A stretch of 32,000 bases of DNA from Wallemia ichthyophaga EXF-994 (GCF_000400465.1 NW_008806294.1:60001-92000); one strand, 5' to 3'. Shown: positions 21,364 to 32,000, numbered from the stretch's first letter. Made by a program: numbers and translations. Notes: generated by a model from the sequence alone, not told the origin.

Positions 21364-21855
21364 CTAGCCAATATTAAAATTACTATGCACTCTCTGTCCT
21401 GCTTGCTTCTTCTGATACGCGAGATCCAACTTTGAACTTCCGAGGTTGATAATTTTCACGCAGCCATCTCTATCTTTTTCGAGTGTGGTGCATTCTGAGG
21501 GGAATTAGTGGTGTACTAGGAAGTATTCAGACCCACCTGCACAATAATATGCGTCTGAAATACCTGGACCACCGCAAATAACACCTAATGTAAGCGTGAG
21601 TGGTGTAAATGAATAAATAAAAAGGATAAAACAAACATTTACCACCGAATGTACCAAACGCACATTCATCGCAGATCTAAATTAAAGTTATTTGTGTCCA
21701 TTATAGCCATTCATTTAACGCACTTTAACAATCGTCTGTGGCCTCACATAGGAATCACAAACAGGGCACTTTCCATCACATTTGTCACATAGCCTCCCGA
21801 TTGATATTCCTGGCTGTCTTCTACACATGATTAGGTCTGGGTGGTGTTTGGACAT
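21364..21855 (-). CDS. RDS3: SF3b subunit PHF5A/Rds3/Ini1, 116 aa, four exons; not in the ORF track
   Basis: Exons 21855-21724, 21676-21637, 21584-21537 and 21494-21364 translate to [103 protein letters not shown]. This is colinear with PHF5A and keeps all 12 zinc-ligand Cys. Confidence 0.96.
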
Positions 21856-21911
21856 TTTGGCCGTTGGAAGAAGACGGGAAAATGAATCAATTTGATTGGT
21901 TAAACACCATT

Positions 21912-22380
21912 TTACACCGGAGACTGTCTAGATCCAGCAACTTTATTCGCAATAGTTGAAATAACGGGTAAATTGAGTAGACTGCCGATGACTGGCAGTT
22001 GCCTGAGGAAGTTGAGGATTACGGGGAAGAAAGAGCCAAATAGGTTGAGGAATCCAATGCACTCAACTACAAACCCAATGAAGGTATACTTGAGGAGTAC
22101 TAGTGTTATTCCCCCAACGAAACACAGCGTACCTCTAAGCTTATAAGGCCTACTGAAAAATACAATAGTCTTCTGCATCCCAATTAGAAGTATAAGCCCT
22201 GTTAAGAAGAGCAAATTCCCCAAAGCCAGCAAACTAGCGTCGAAGAAGAGTACGACACCTAGAAGCGTGAATAATCCACCGAATGAAGTCAGACCAACAC
22301 CGATTTCTGGGTTTTATAAGGTTATTATGGTACACGCGCCAAACCCACCCAAACTCACTCTGTAAATCTGTTAAAAACAT
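21912..22380 (-). CDS. GOT1: Golgi transport protein Got1
   Basis: MFLTDLQ|[62 protein letters not shown]. One intron follows a 22-nt first exon. Confidence 0.93.
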
Positions 22381-22423
22381 TCTCCCACTTCTTGGTTATA
22401 TACGTCCAAGAGTTACGTTCAAG

Positions 22424-25400
22424 ATGGAAGATGCCTTGTTCAAAATCAGGTGTCACTTGAATTCTAAGCTGCCCAATCAGAGGCAACCAGCGTTGCTCCT
22501 CGTTGCTCTCGAGGAAACTATCAAAGAACAATCCCCAGAGCAATCTCAAAGCCCACTGCCAATCAGCTACCACAGCTTAATCTTGAGTACTCTCGATGAA
22601 GCAATCAGCTCAAATAATACTGAGATCATCTCCTCTGCAATATACTTGGAAGCCACCGTTATCAAATTCATCGACAAGAAGATATTGCACAACCAATATC
22701 AAATCTTTGAATCCCTATTGCAGCTACTGAGCAAGTTCACTAGCAACACTCCCACTCTCAAGTCCTTACTTGTTGTCTACGAGGAGTTCTTTAAATCCTT
22801 AGACACCCAACAACTCCAATTATCCTCCTTCAAATCTGCTTATAATGACATATTGAAGCTATCCATCGACAACAGACCAAAAGTTAGAAAACTGGCTCAA
22901 TTTTCAATCTCAAACATCCTCACAGACACCCCCAATCATCCACACACTTACCTTCCTATAACCACCTCTTGGGTTATCAAGTCTTTCAACGATTTGGTTA
23001 AAAGATCCACACACGCCCCTTCTGAATCTGGTATTCACTTGTGTGCCTTTGTGCACTCACTCGATTCCATCTGGCCAATTCAATCCCTCCCTAAATTGGC
23101 TAATTCCCTCTTAAACACTCCACACCTCGGCAATTCATACCTCACTTCATCCTCCTACCACCTTCTCAGTCAATTACTCGCCAACAAATCCTCTCACACC
23201 ACCTTCGATCAAGAGAAGCTCAAAACTCTCGTCGATTCCATCACTTCTTCTCTCCCTAAACCTGATGACACCCTTTTGCTCTCTCCTTGGCTCGGTATAC
23301 TTGACGCTGCAATCTCTGCATACGCTAGACTTGACCCAAATGCTGCCGCTCTTGTTATTTTGAACGTTTGGCCGAAAATTTTCAATTCTCACGGTCTAGC
23401 CAGTACCAGCACCGATGTGCGTAAATCTGCCGAAATTGCATGCTGTGGTATCATCAGATGGGGTGTGAGTTTGGATATGATAAAGAACACTATAGACAAC
23501 AACGGTGGTGTCAACCTATCTCCGATCCTCGACTCTATTCTCGCAAGCTTAAAGGGTATCTCACACCGTCACTCCATTCCAAACGTCCTCAATGTTCTCA
23601 ACGCGCTCATCAGCAAACTTAGAGTGCGTTTCTCATATCCAGGCCCAACAGCAGCACAGTGTGAGTCAGCTTGAGAACTCTTGATACACATCAACTAACC
23701 ACCTCATCTTAGCTCTCATCGCACCACATCTCACAACTATCGCCGATCTCCGCCAGATGCCAAACTTCGAATACAGGGAGAAGACGGACGATGTATTTGG
23801 TATGGCATTGGAAGTGTGTGGACCAGCCTATGTGCTTGAACTCCTCCCTCTCAATCTCAGCCCATCTCTCCAAGCCAAGGGCAAAGAAGGCCGTGCGTAT
23901 CTGCTGCCAATTATGCGCTCACGCATAACCAACACCTCTCTCAACTACTTTGTCAAAGAATTGGTCCCACTCTCATCGCAGATGTTCGAGTTCGCCTCGC
24001 AGTCCAAAAACCAGGGCAAGGAACTCGAAGCAAAGATATACAGCACTTTGATGGAGCAGATCTGGAACACCTTCCCCTCATTCTGCAATCTGCCAGTAGA
24101 TATGACTGTTGGTTTGAATGATGAGTTCGCAAGCATGCTCAGCAATGTACTCTACTCGCAGCCTCAGTTGAGGTCATTCGTGTTGAAAGGACTGCGCAAC
24201 CTCATCGAAAAGAATGTATCTTTGCAAAAGTCACAGGGACCAACAGAGGAGCTCAAGAAAGCGTTCAATGGAATGGGTCAAGAGGAGGCAACAGTCAACA
24301 TCAATTACCTCAAGACCATCGCACCAAATCTTCTCTCAGTGCTATTTGACCTTTTCGGCACAGTCAGCAGGGAAAGCAGAGGTATGGTTGGTGAAGTTAT
24401 AGCCGACTACCTAACCATAGCCTCTGAAAAGGTTTGTTGGGTGCTGGGATGATAGCATTCTCTCGCTAACACGCACACAGGACATTAGCGGCACGTATAA
24501 GAAGATGTCCAAGTCACTCCTTGAGACGCTCCCACAGCACAACGTCAAGATGGCGAAAGCAGCGAAATCTAACAAGACATTCAACGCAGCATCTGACAAT
24601 CTAGTAGCACCACACACGACGATGGATCTGCTAATCCTACTCTCACCCCATCTCAGTGCAAAATTGGGTGCAAATGCCTGGGAACTCGCTACGTCTGAGC
24701 AGGTGCTAATGAGCGAAGACCAGGCTGTTCAGAAAAAGGCTTACAGGATGCTCAACAGACTGTGCGAGAACCACAGCGGACTCTTCACACATGACGGCAG
24801 CAGAATCGAGAAAGCCATCAACACACTCACTAACACTGACAATATCAGCGGTGGTGTGAAGAGAGATCGCTTAGAGGTATTCACGCTGCTTGTGCGGTTC
24901 ATACCGTCAGATAAACTCCACTATATCGTTTCTGTCGTCCCCGAAGCGGTGCTTGGAGTGAAGGAGACTAACGAGAGAGCGCGATCTGCTGCATTCGAGC
25001 TGTTATTAGAATTAGGGAGTAAAATGGCACGCGGTGGCAAGATAGAGAGGGGTGTGATGGGTGAACATGAGCATGAAGCTGATGGGATGGAAGCAGAAGC
25101 AGCAACATCAACTGAGACAGTGGATGCCGATATCAATGAATATTTCACCATCCTCTCAGCAGGTCTAGCTGGTTCTACGCCGCATTTCATCTCTGCCACG
25201 CTCACGTCTCTTGCGCGCGTTCTCTTCGAATTCAAAGAGTCAATCGACACAGCTCTAGTGGATAATCTGCTTGGCACGCTGCACATCTTCGTCGGTAGCA
25301 CCAACAAAGAAATCGTCAAGTCAGGTATCGGGCTGGTCAAGGTGGCTATAACGTCGCTCTCCTCGGAATTAGTTTTCGCGCATCTCGCCACTCTCATACC

Positions 25401-26426
25401 CGCGCTGCTTGGATGGAAGAGCGAGAACAAGAATCACTTCAAGGCGAATATCCGCCATATATTCGAGCGTCTAGTGAAGAAGTTCGGAGTCGATGTTGTC
25501 GATGCGCATACACCGGCTGCGGACAAGAAACTCATAAGCAATATCCGCAAGCGCACACAGAGAGCGAAGAAGGGGAAGAGTGACAAGGATAGAGAGGACG
25601 AAGGCGACATGCTCGACCAGGATGAAGATGCAGGCAAGAAAGCTAAAGGCACGGACGCGTTCGAAGACGCTCTCTACGGATCTGAGTCTGAGTTCGAGGA
25701 GAGCGACGACGAAGATGGCAAGGAGAAGGGCGCTAAAGGTACTGGCAAAGACAAAGGCGGTAGAAAGGGTGCGAAGAAGAATACCAACAACGCTTCTGAT
25801 ACTTACATACGTGAGGATGATGGCGAACTTGTCGATCTGCTCGATAAGAGCGCTATTAATAACCTCACCTCATTCGATCCATCCAAGCAATCAAAGAGGA
25901 AACAACCAGGCCAGGAAGCGCAGAAATATGAGCTCGACGATATGGGCAAGTTGGTCATCAAGGATGATGACAACAAGGAAGCAGAAGAACAACCTGACAA
26001 GGTCGCCGGTTCTGCCTACATCCACAACTTGGAATCAGAAGATGGTATCACGATGGGCAAGGATGGTAGAGTGAGATTCAACAAGAAGAAACGCGACAGG
26101 AGCGTCGAAGGTGATGACGATGACGATGCTCAAACTGATGTCAAGATGAATGACGATAGTGATGCTTCCAAGAAGAAGAAAAAGAACAAACAGGGCACTG
26201 TGGGTGTTGGAAAAGAATTCAAATCAAAGGTGGGTGAAGAAATGAGTTTAAATAACTTAAAACTAACCTCATAATACAGCGTGCAGGCGGCGATGTTACT
26301 GCTAAAGGCGGCCAGCAACCTTATGCTTACGTACCTCTCAACCAGACCAAAAAGCTCAGCAGAGGTGGCCAGGGTCCTCGTCTTGATGTCACTGGTAAGA
26401 AGAAGGGTAGATCTGGAAAAAAGTAG
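22424..26426 (+). CDS. RRP12: Ribosomal RNA processing protein Rrp12 (HEAT/NUC173)
   Basis: MEDALFKIR..SKLPNQRQPA, LSIDNRPKVRKLAQ, GRAYLLPIMR, EQIWNTFPSFCNLP, VPEAVLGVKETNERAR, GLAGSTPHFISAT, GKEFKSK|RAGGDV..PYAYVPL. Introns 23661-23712, 24432-24480 and 26230-26279. Confidence 0.9.
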
Positions 26427-26885
26427 CCAATTATATAGAGTAGTATTTATTTTGGATCAATTTAATTTATGTCATTCAATAAAATGTCCATGTATAGATG
26501 GTTTAGAGTACAATGTGTGTTTGCAAGATTTGCTAGTGTCCTGTTTCGTTACGGAGTTTTGCTTTTGTTCGTTATTGGTGGTGTCGTTAGTATTACTGCT
26601 GTTGCGATTACTACTAGCGCGCGCGACTGGCACCTAGTCAAGAAGACTAAAACTACATATATAAGATGTTTATCTTGTTTCTTTTCGTAAATGTAGAATT
26701 GATTATTGCCGTACATGCGTTGCTTGCTCTTGTTATTCGTATGTGAACTATTAAGAGGTTTCACGTGGTCATCTGGAGACTTATAATTTTCACCTGGATG
26801 CCTGGGAGGCTTTGCTTCACCACCCGAGGCCTTGTGGATTAGCGGTAAATATATCATATCCTCCCAATTTTTGTATACTGTTGTA

Positions 26886-27773
26886 TTATTCTGCTCCTCT
26901 CTCCCTGTCCATCTCCTTGGCTGCTAATTTTCTCTCTTCTGTCTCATCCCCTGTCTCCTCCTCAATATTCTCCTCATCGCTGACATCACAGTCTGCAATA
27001 AATCTGCGATCATCGAGTTCTCCTCCACGTAAGACAATTTTCTCATTTAACTCCAGCAAATGCTTCGCGTTATTATCATCCTCTTCGAGCTTCGAGCCTG
27101 GATCAACGCAGTCGGACGGAGGGAAGGAGGTATATGGGTATGGTGTTGTTAACAGATCGATTTTGCTCATCGTGAGTGGCATACTTGGCGCGCTGTCGAA
27201 GATGCTGACTTGAGGTATCTTACTGTGGAAATACAACTGCTGTCTATGTTCAAGAAGAACGTCGTTTATCATTTTCGAACTGTACGGTAATATCTCAGTG
27301 CAGCTCTGGACAAGTGTTGCGGGGATATAGCAACCTGTTACCATCATTCTGGAGAGAGCGGTCGCGATCTTGGCATTATGTGGATCGTGATAGATTATAA
27401 CTGCGTATCTAGAGTTGCTAAGGGGTTTGTTCGTCTCTATGTGGATGTGACGAATAGGACCTAGATGATTGAGAGGGTACACTACATCAATGCTGTAAAG
27501 ACCCACCAGCTGATCTGAATACACCAATCAATGACATATCCGTTGCTAAATCCGGCTTATAATTACACCATCAATGTTTGTCAACAACATCTTGAGCTCA
27601 CAGGTGTCAGACACGTTGTCTACGCATATAGTACTCCCTATCCGCTTTTCGTAGTAATTATACTCATCTTTGAGACTTTACCAACTTTCGTTGCTCCCGA
27701 AGCTCCCAAAGCTCCTCCTATTAAAGGAAACGCGTGAACGTAAAGGCGACGAGTTCATAGACATCATATGCAT
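26886..27773 (-). CDS. Hypothetical protein with a degenerate RRM-like domain and an acidic region; splicing and 3' end unresolved
   Basis: STICVDNV (RNP2-like) and LNHLGPIRHIHI..RYAVIIYHDPHNAKIA (RNP1-like). In-frame stops in the 5' part can be removed by candidate introns of 48 nt and 87 nt (27601-27515). The frame ends at TAA 26886, although coding-like sequence continues. Confidence 0.5.
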
Positions 27774-27975
27774 TGATGCCGTGTAAAGCGCAATTTAAAT
27801 TGCCTGGTAATGTTGGTTGTATTGATATCCCTAAAAAGAAAGACAAGACAAAGACAAGAGTAATTCAATAAAATTGCATTAGATAATAATAATTACAAAG
27901 CATTACACATTTCGTCATTTCAGTTTGTGTGTCTAGTTGCGTCCAATTGCGTTTGTCGCGTCAATCACTTCACCC

Positions 27976-28752
27976 TTAGTAGATGAGGAAACCACCGTCA
28001 ACAAAGACTTCAGAACCAGTCATGTAGCTTGCGAGCTCTGAGAGCAAGAAGACGACTGGTGATGCTTGTTCACTTGGTTCAGAGAATCTCTTCATTGGAA
28101 CCAATTGTGATTGAGCGTTAAGGATCTTTGGATCCATACCTTGAGTTTGGTCAGTCTTGATGAAACCTGGTGATGCAATGTTCACTCTGATGCCGTGCTC
28201 AATCCACTCAGCAGCAAGACCCTTGGCAACTGAGCTGACAGCAGCCTTGGATGCGTTGTAGAATACTTGACGGAGTGGGTCAGCTGGTCCTTGGACGTTG
28301 TAAATTTGTGATGACATGGATGCGATCATAACGATGGATCCCTTCTTATATCCAGTCTCGACCCACTTCTTAGCAGCTGCCTTGGCAATGTTGAATGAAC
28401 CGAGAACGTTGATCTTCATGATGTAATCGAAAGTTTCTTCGTTTTGCTCAAATGCTGGCTTTGGTACGGAGACACCTGCGTTGCAAACAACACCTGCAAC
28501 CTCACCGAAGTCTTTGATGATTTGTGCAAATGTCTCGTCAACCTTGCTTTCAATACCAACATCACATTGGTATGACTTGGCCTTGACGTTGAACTCCTTA
28601 GCGATAGCATCAGCTGCTGCTGAAGCCTCTGAGCGAGAGAGCATGACAACGTTACCGCCAGCTCTGGCGACGTCCTTGGCAATGGCGTTGCCTAATCCCT
28701 TGTTTCCACCGGTGACGACGTAGGTCTTGTTGCTGAAATCAATGCCGATCAT
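27976..28752 (-). CDS. Short-chain dehydrogenase/reductase, NADP-dependent mannitol dehydrogenase-like, 258 aa, intronless
   Basis: TGGNKGLG, LSRS (basic residue typical of NADP use), NAGVSV, SMSSQI, catalytic YNASK, GLAAEW and SPGF..TDQT. It closely follows the Agaricus bisporus MtDH sequence as I recall it; the substrate is inferred. Confidence 0.88.
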   Translation of the reverse strand: MIGIDFSNKTYVVTGGNKGLGNAIAKDVARAGGNVVMLSRSEASAAADAIAKEFNVKAKSYQCDVGIESKVDETFAQIIKDFGEVAGVVCNAGVSVPKPAFEQNEETFDYIMKINVLGSFNIAKAAAKKWVETGYKKGSIVMIASMSSQIYNVQGPADPLRQVFYNASKAAVSSVAKGLAAEWIEHGIRVNIASPGFIKTDQTQGMDPKILNAQSQLVPMKRFSEPSEQASPVVFLLSELASYMTGSEVFVDGGFLIY

Positions 28753-29103
28753 TTTGTTCTTGTTTTGAAGATGAAAGTTGTAAAGAAACAAGCTGTGGAT
28801 CTGTGGATATTTATGTCTGTGGAGTGCAACCCTAGCATCATTACAATAAAAATCGATCTGATTAACAAATCTAGCCTGAAAATGAGCAGTATGATTGCAA
28901 GAGCTAGCCTTCATCCCACGCTATCTTTGCGCTATTCTTCGATGTGTCAAAATTTTGCGATTTTACGCCAACAGCAGGTGGGGTAAGGCGTAATAATTAC
29001 GTATTACATTCCCCAAAGATCACTAGAATGAATGAGGCATCATAAGGCTGTGAATCGCTGAGTAAGCGAACTTTCTAGCAAGATCTACCGCAACTCCTCG
29101 GAG

Positions 29104-29111
29104 TGACGTCA
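29104..29111. promoter_or_regulatory. Palindromic CRE (TGACGTCA), ATF/CREB-type bZIP site upstream of the SDR
   Basis: Exact palindrome about 350 bp upstream of ATG 28752. Related sites are TTACGTCA at 29277-29284 and TTACGTAT at 28997-29004. Confidence 0.5.
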
Positions 29112-30111
29112 TCTCCGGATAGCGCCCATGATGTAGTGGGTGTGTAGTGGGTGGACGGACAGGAAAACTAAAATCTTTCAATTCGTCACCGCAGATTTCG
29201 GCACATGAATAGGTTAGCTTACCCTGGCAATTGAGCTTGGTGCAAACGCCGAGCGAAAACAACAAACGGATGTCAATTACGTCACTGATTTTTATATCAC
29301 TTGAAGTAGCATACAGAGAAATTGCTTTTAAAGCGATAGCCACTTTTTCCCTTTAAGCATCATAGCGGCGTCGTTTCTACAGGAAATGCAAAAAAAGAAT
29401 TGTTTAGCTCCGGTCGGGAAGATTGCAAGTTTTCATCTGTGTTGGCATATTAAATATATGCGCTTACCCAAGATCAATGTAGCCAAGACTGGCAGTTTTC
29501 AAGTTAAAGCATTGTCACTTGATAGATAGGCATTATGAGATATAGTTAAATAGTTACAAACAGACCCAAAAGCCAAATACCCCTATCGCTCTGACGCAAA
29601 TACGTTGGTTGATGAATAGGAATAGCTGTCGGAATGATTAGGTGTTTTCGTTGATCAGAGGCTTCCAGATTCGATTAGCTACAAAGATCTTGACATATAC
29701 ATAGGTGAGAGTGCAGTACGTGATGAAAATGATTTATTCGACGAATGTTCAACATTGAAATCCAATTCATTCCTATCACCTGTCTCACCCATCCCTAGAT
29801 AACTGTCAAGATTTTTCAGCTAATTGAATTTAAAAGAGACATTGAAAGTCAGCAAACAGAAACTTCTCACATTTTGTAGCGACGAAAACTTTCACCTTTT
29901 TACACATGGATCATCTCACGGCGTCTTTCCAACGATAATAATGCTATTTCAAGATTTTCAGTCGTCATTTTCTTCCAAAAACACTTCTTGTCTCTAGTAT
30001 TATCCCTGTTAGCCAGCCAACACCCGTACACGAAGAAAATTTTGTACTACGTAGGTTAAATAAAGTTAATATTATAATATAAACATTTTAAATACAGACC
30101 ACGCAAACCAT

Positions 30112-32000
30112 CTAAAACTTGGAGCGCAAGTATAGCTGAAGTTGGCTCAGTTGCTCTCTGATCTCTTTGACATCGATAGGTGCGGAGATATTAGCATAGG
30201 GAGCACTTGAAAGGAGAGCGAGATATTCCGAGACGCTTTCATCGACTCTGCGGATGGGCAGGGCGCCCTGACCGGTGGCGAAGTTGAGTGTGTGCGACCT
30301 CAGCCAAGCCTCCACCATAACGACGACATCAGCAACGAGAAACACGATAGCGTTTTGTGTCTGCCATGGAGGTATTTGAGACTCGAGCATCGTATCCATA
30401 ACTTCATAAATAGCTGCATATGGTACGCCTGCGTCGTTGAGCGTCGTAGGTACCCAACCAGCCTTCTTCACGCCATGCTCATAGCTGTACTGCTCGAGGA
30501 TGTTTATGACGGTGTCTGTGGTCTGTTAGTGGATGCAATGGTAATGATAATGCCACGGGTTGACCTACCTAACGGGAATGATATCTTGGATGGGTAGAAA
30601 CGACGCGCGAGTGAGTACACTACCCCAGCAACAGCATCAAATCGCTCATCAGGCTGCAGCTCCACATTTAAATAGTGAGTGTGTTCCACTAACACTTCCC
30701 ATGTCTGCGCTATCAGACTAGGGTCGTAGAAATCAGCAATGTGGAAAATAAGTAGCTGCACCTCAAGCAAAGCTAGTGGTTCAGCGAACTCTCTGAAAAG
30801 CTCACTGACATTATACAAACGCTGTTCGAGCATTTGTTGCATATTTTGCTTGGCGTCGGGCGCAACTTCCGTGTGTTCCTTCACTGCACGGTAGATCTCC
30901 ACCTGTACTTGTGCAACCTCAATCTTTTCCTCGAGGTTGGTCATGAACTCTACATCACCAATATCAGACGCAGAAGCGGGATGACGTTGTGATTTTGCAT
31001 TCGAAAGTGCGAGTGAGAGGTACTCGAGACGTCTCGATAAAGATAAGGGGAACTCGACAGAATCTGCCAGAGATGCTAAAACTCTGGCTGCATCGTAGAA
31101 ACGCGACCTGCGCACGTAAAACTGCCAAAGCAGCTCGCATTTCTCGAGTGTGAGTGGGTCTCTCATGAGATGTTGTTCGAGATATGGCGACTGTATGTCT
31201 AGCAGGAGATCAGTCAGACCCTGAGAAACCAACCAATCATAAAAACAAGAGTGGAAAACAGCGTCATATGATTCTATCGCACGTCTAAACGCATTGCGAC
31301 GGTACTGCTCGACCTCTTCCACTCTTTCATGTTTCGACACTGCCTGCTCCACCTTGTCCTTAGCCTCGGCAAGTGTTTCGAAAATGCACTCGTAACAGCT
31401 CTGACGGCGCTTGTATGCATGTACTCTAGTATCATTGTGCACCTCGATAGGGACTTCCAGTTTACTGTTAGGTTGGAAATAAACACTTCTGCCCTCATTC
31501 CAGAATTGTAATCCTAACTCCGCTGCGTCCCACTCTCTTGCGCAGATGAGCGACAAATCTATAGCTCCAGATGCAAATTCTAACAGTCTATACTCCGTGA
31601 TAACCTCTTTGAGCTTCTCGATGGATAAATTTCTGGCTGCCTTTCCAAACAATCTCAAACTCTCTCTTAAAATGGTACCACGCTCAGCTTTATCTCTTGT
31701 TTCGTGTGCTTTTCTAACATTCTCGATGGCTTTATACAGCAAGACATCGTCTGCTGAACAGAAAGATCCGCAACGTTGTTGAAGAATTTCGGAGATAGCG
31801 TCGATTGAGATTTGTTTCGAAATTTGCTGATTAATTACTTCATTTACGACATTTCTTGCGATATCCCGGCCGTGGTTTGTTGTCAACAAATCGACGTATG
31901 TCAGATTAAGGAACTGCTCTTGAAGATTTTGTTCACAGTGTGAAAGCGTTTCCGAGAGGTTATAGTCGATAAGCAGTAGAATGAAGGATATGCCTTCGAT
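30112..32000 (-). CDS. NUP170: Nucleoporin Nup170/Nup157/Nup155, C-terminal part, runs off the right edge
   Basis: FCSADDVLLYKA, FHSCFYDWL, ELLWQFY, LSLSRRLEYLSLALSNAKS, LEEKIEVAQVQ, FPL|DTV and WVP..L..AGVPY. Intron 30568-30516. The frame is open to base 32000. Confidence 0.88.

Noticed and set aside
22283-22423. Upstream in-frame ATG extending RRP12 by 47 aa
   Set aside because: It overlaps GOT1 exons and intron on the opposite strand. Rrp12-like sequence begins at MEDAL (22424), which has a good start context.
27976-28752. Intronless SDR as a possible horizontal transfer or retrocopy
   Set aside because: The protein looks like a fungal MtDH, and exons of 1.4-2 kb occur in neighbouring genes, so 777 bp without an intron is unremarkable.
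28753-28914. 54-aa N-terminal extension of the SDR in the ORF track
   Set aside because: It starts well upstream of a TATA-like CATAAATA. Homology begins at MIGIDFSNK, preceded by a typical A-rich leader (CAAAATG).
29023-29343. 106-aa minus-strand ORF
   Set aside because: Non-ATG start, no recognisable motif, and it overlaps the likely SDR promoter elements.
29458-29802. Possible 3-exon plus-strand mini-gene of about 88 aa (MRLPKINV..SPIPR)
   Set aside because: It needs weak donors (GTTAAA, GTTGGT), a 38-nt intron and skipping of several nearer AGs; no homology recognised.
1-32000. CRISPR arrays, transposons, LTR/TIR elements, telomeric repeats, rRNA or snRNA genes
   Set aside because: No regularly spaced repeats, no transposase or RT motifs, no terminal repeats and no recognisable structural RNA other than tRNA-iMet. 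Nearly all the sequence is explained by spliced host genes.

Overview
Eukaryotic DNA from a very compact fungal genome. About 44 short (mostly 42-74 nt) GT-AG introns can be modelled by hand, and the gene content and intron style point to a basidiomycete; a Wallemia-like xerophile is my inference, not something the sequence proves. The window holds about 20 protein-coding genes and one initiator tRNA-Met: CDT2-like WD40 (5' truncated), TAD1, an F-box/LRR protein, nuclear PABP, SEC66, an orphan, tRNA-iMet, an opsin-related protein, VIP1, CAF16, two poorly characterised ORFs, a MAPEG/microsomal GST, NOP16, an aquaglyceroporin, RCC1, RDS3/PHF5A (four exons, missed by the ORF track), GOT1, RRP12, an RRM-like orphan, an NADP-mannitol-dehydrogenase-like SDR and NUP170/155 (5' truncated). 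I see no transposon, CRISPR array or clearly novel multi-gene system. The most notable signals concern genome architecture and regulation: a GOT1-RDS3-RCC1 tandem with 56 and 65 bp gaps, start codons only 43 bp apart head-to-head, a shifted GTG(G/A)GT splice-donor consensus, an ATG-only first exon with a possible presequence isoform of the aquaglyceroporin, an opsin-like protein that has lost its retinal pocket, an extra A-box in front of tRNA-iMet, and an apparent microsatellite frameshift. All splice models were read by eye and are unverified.
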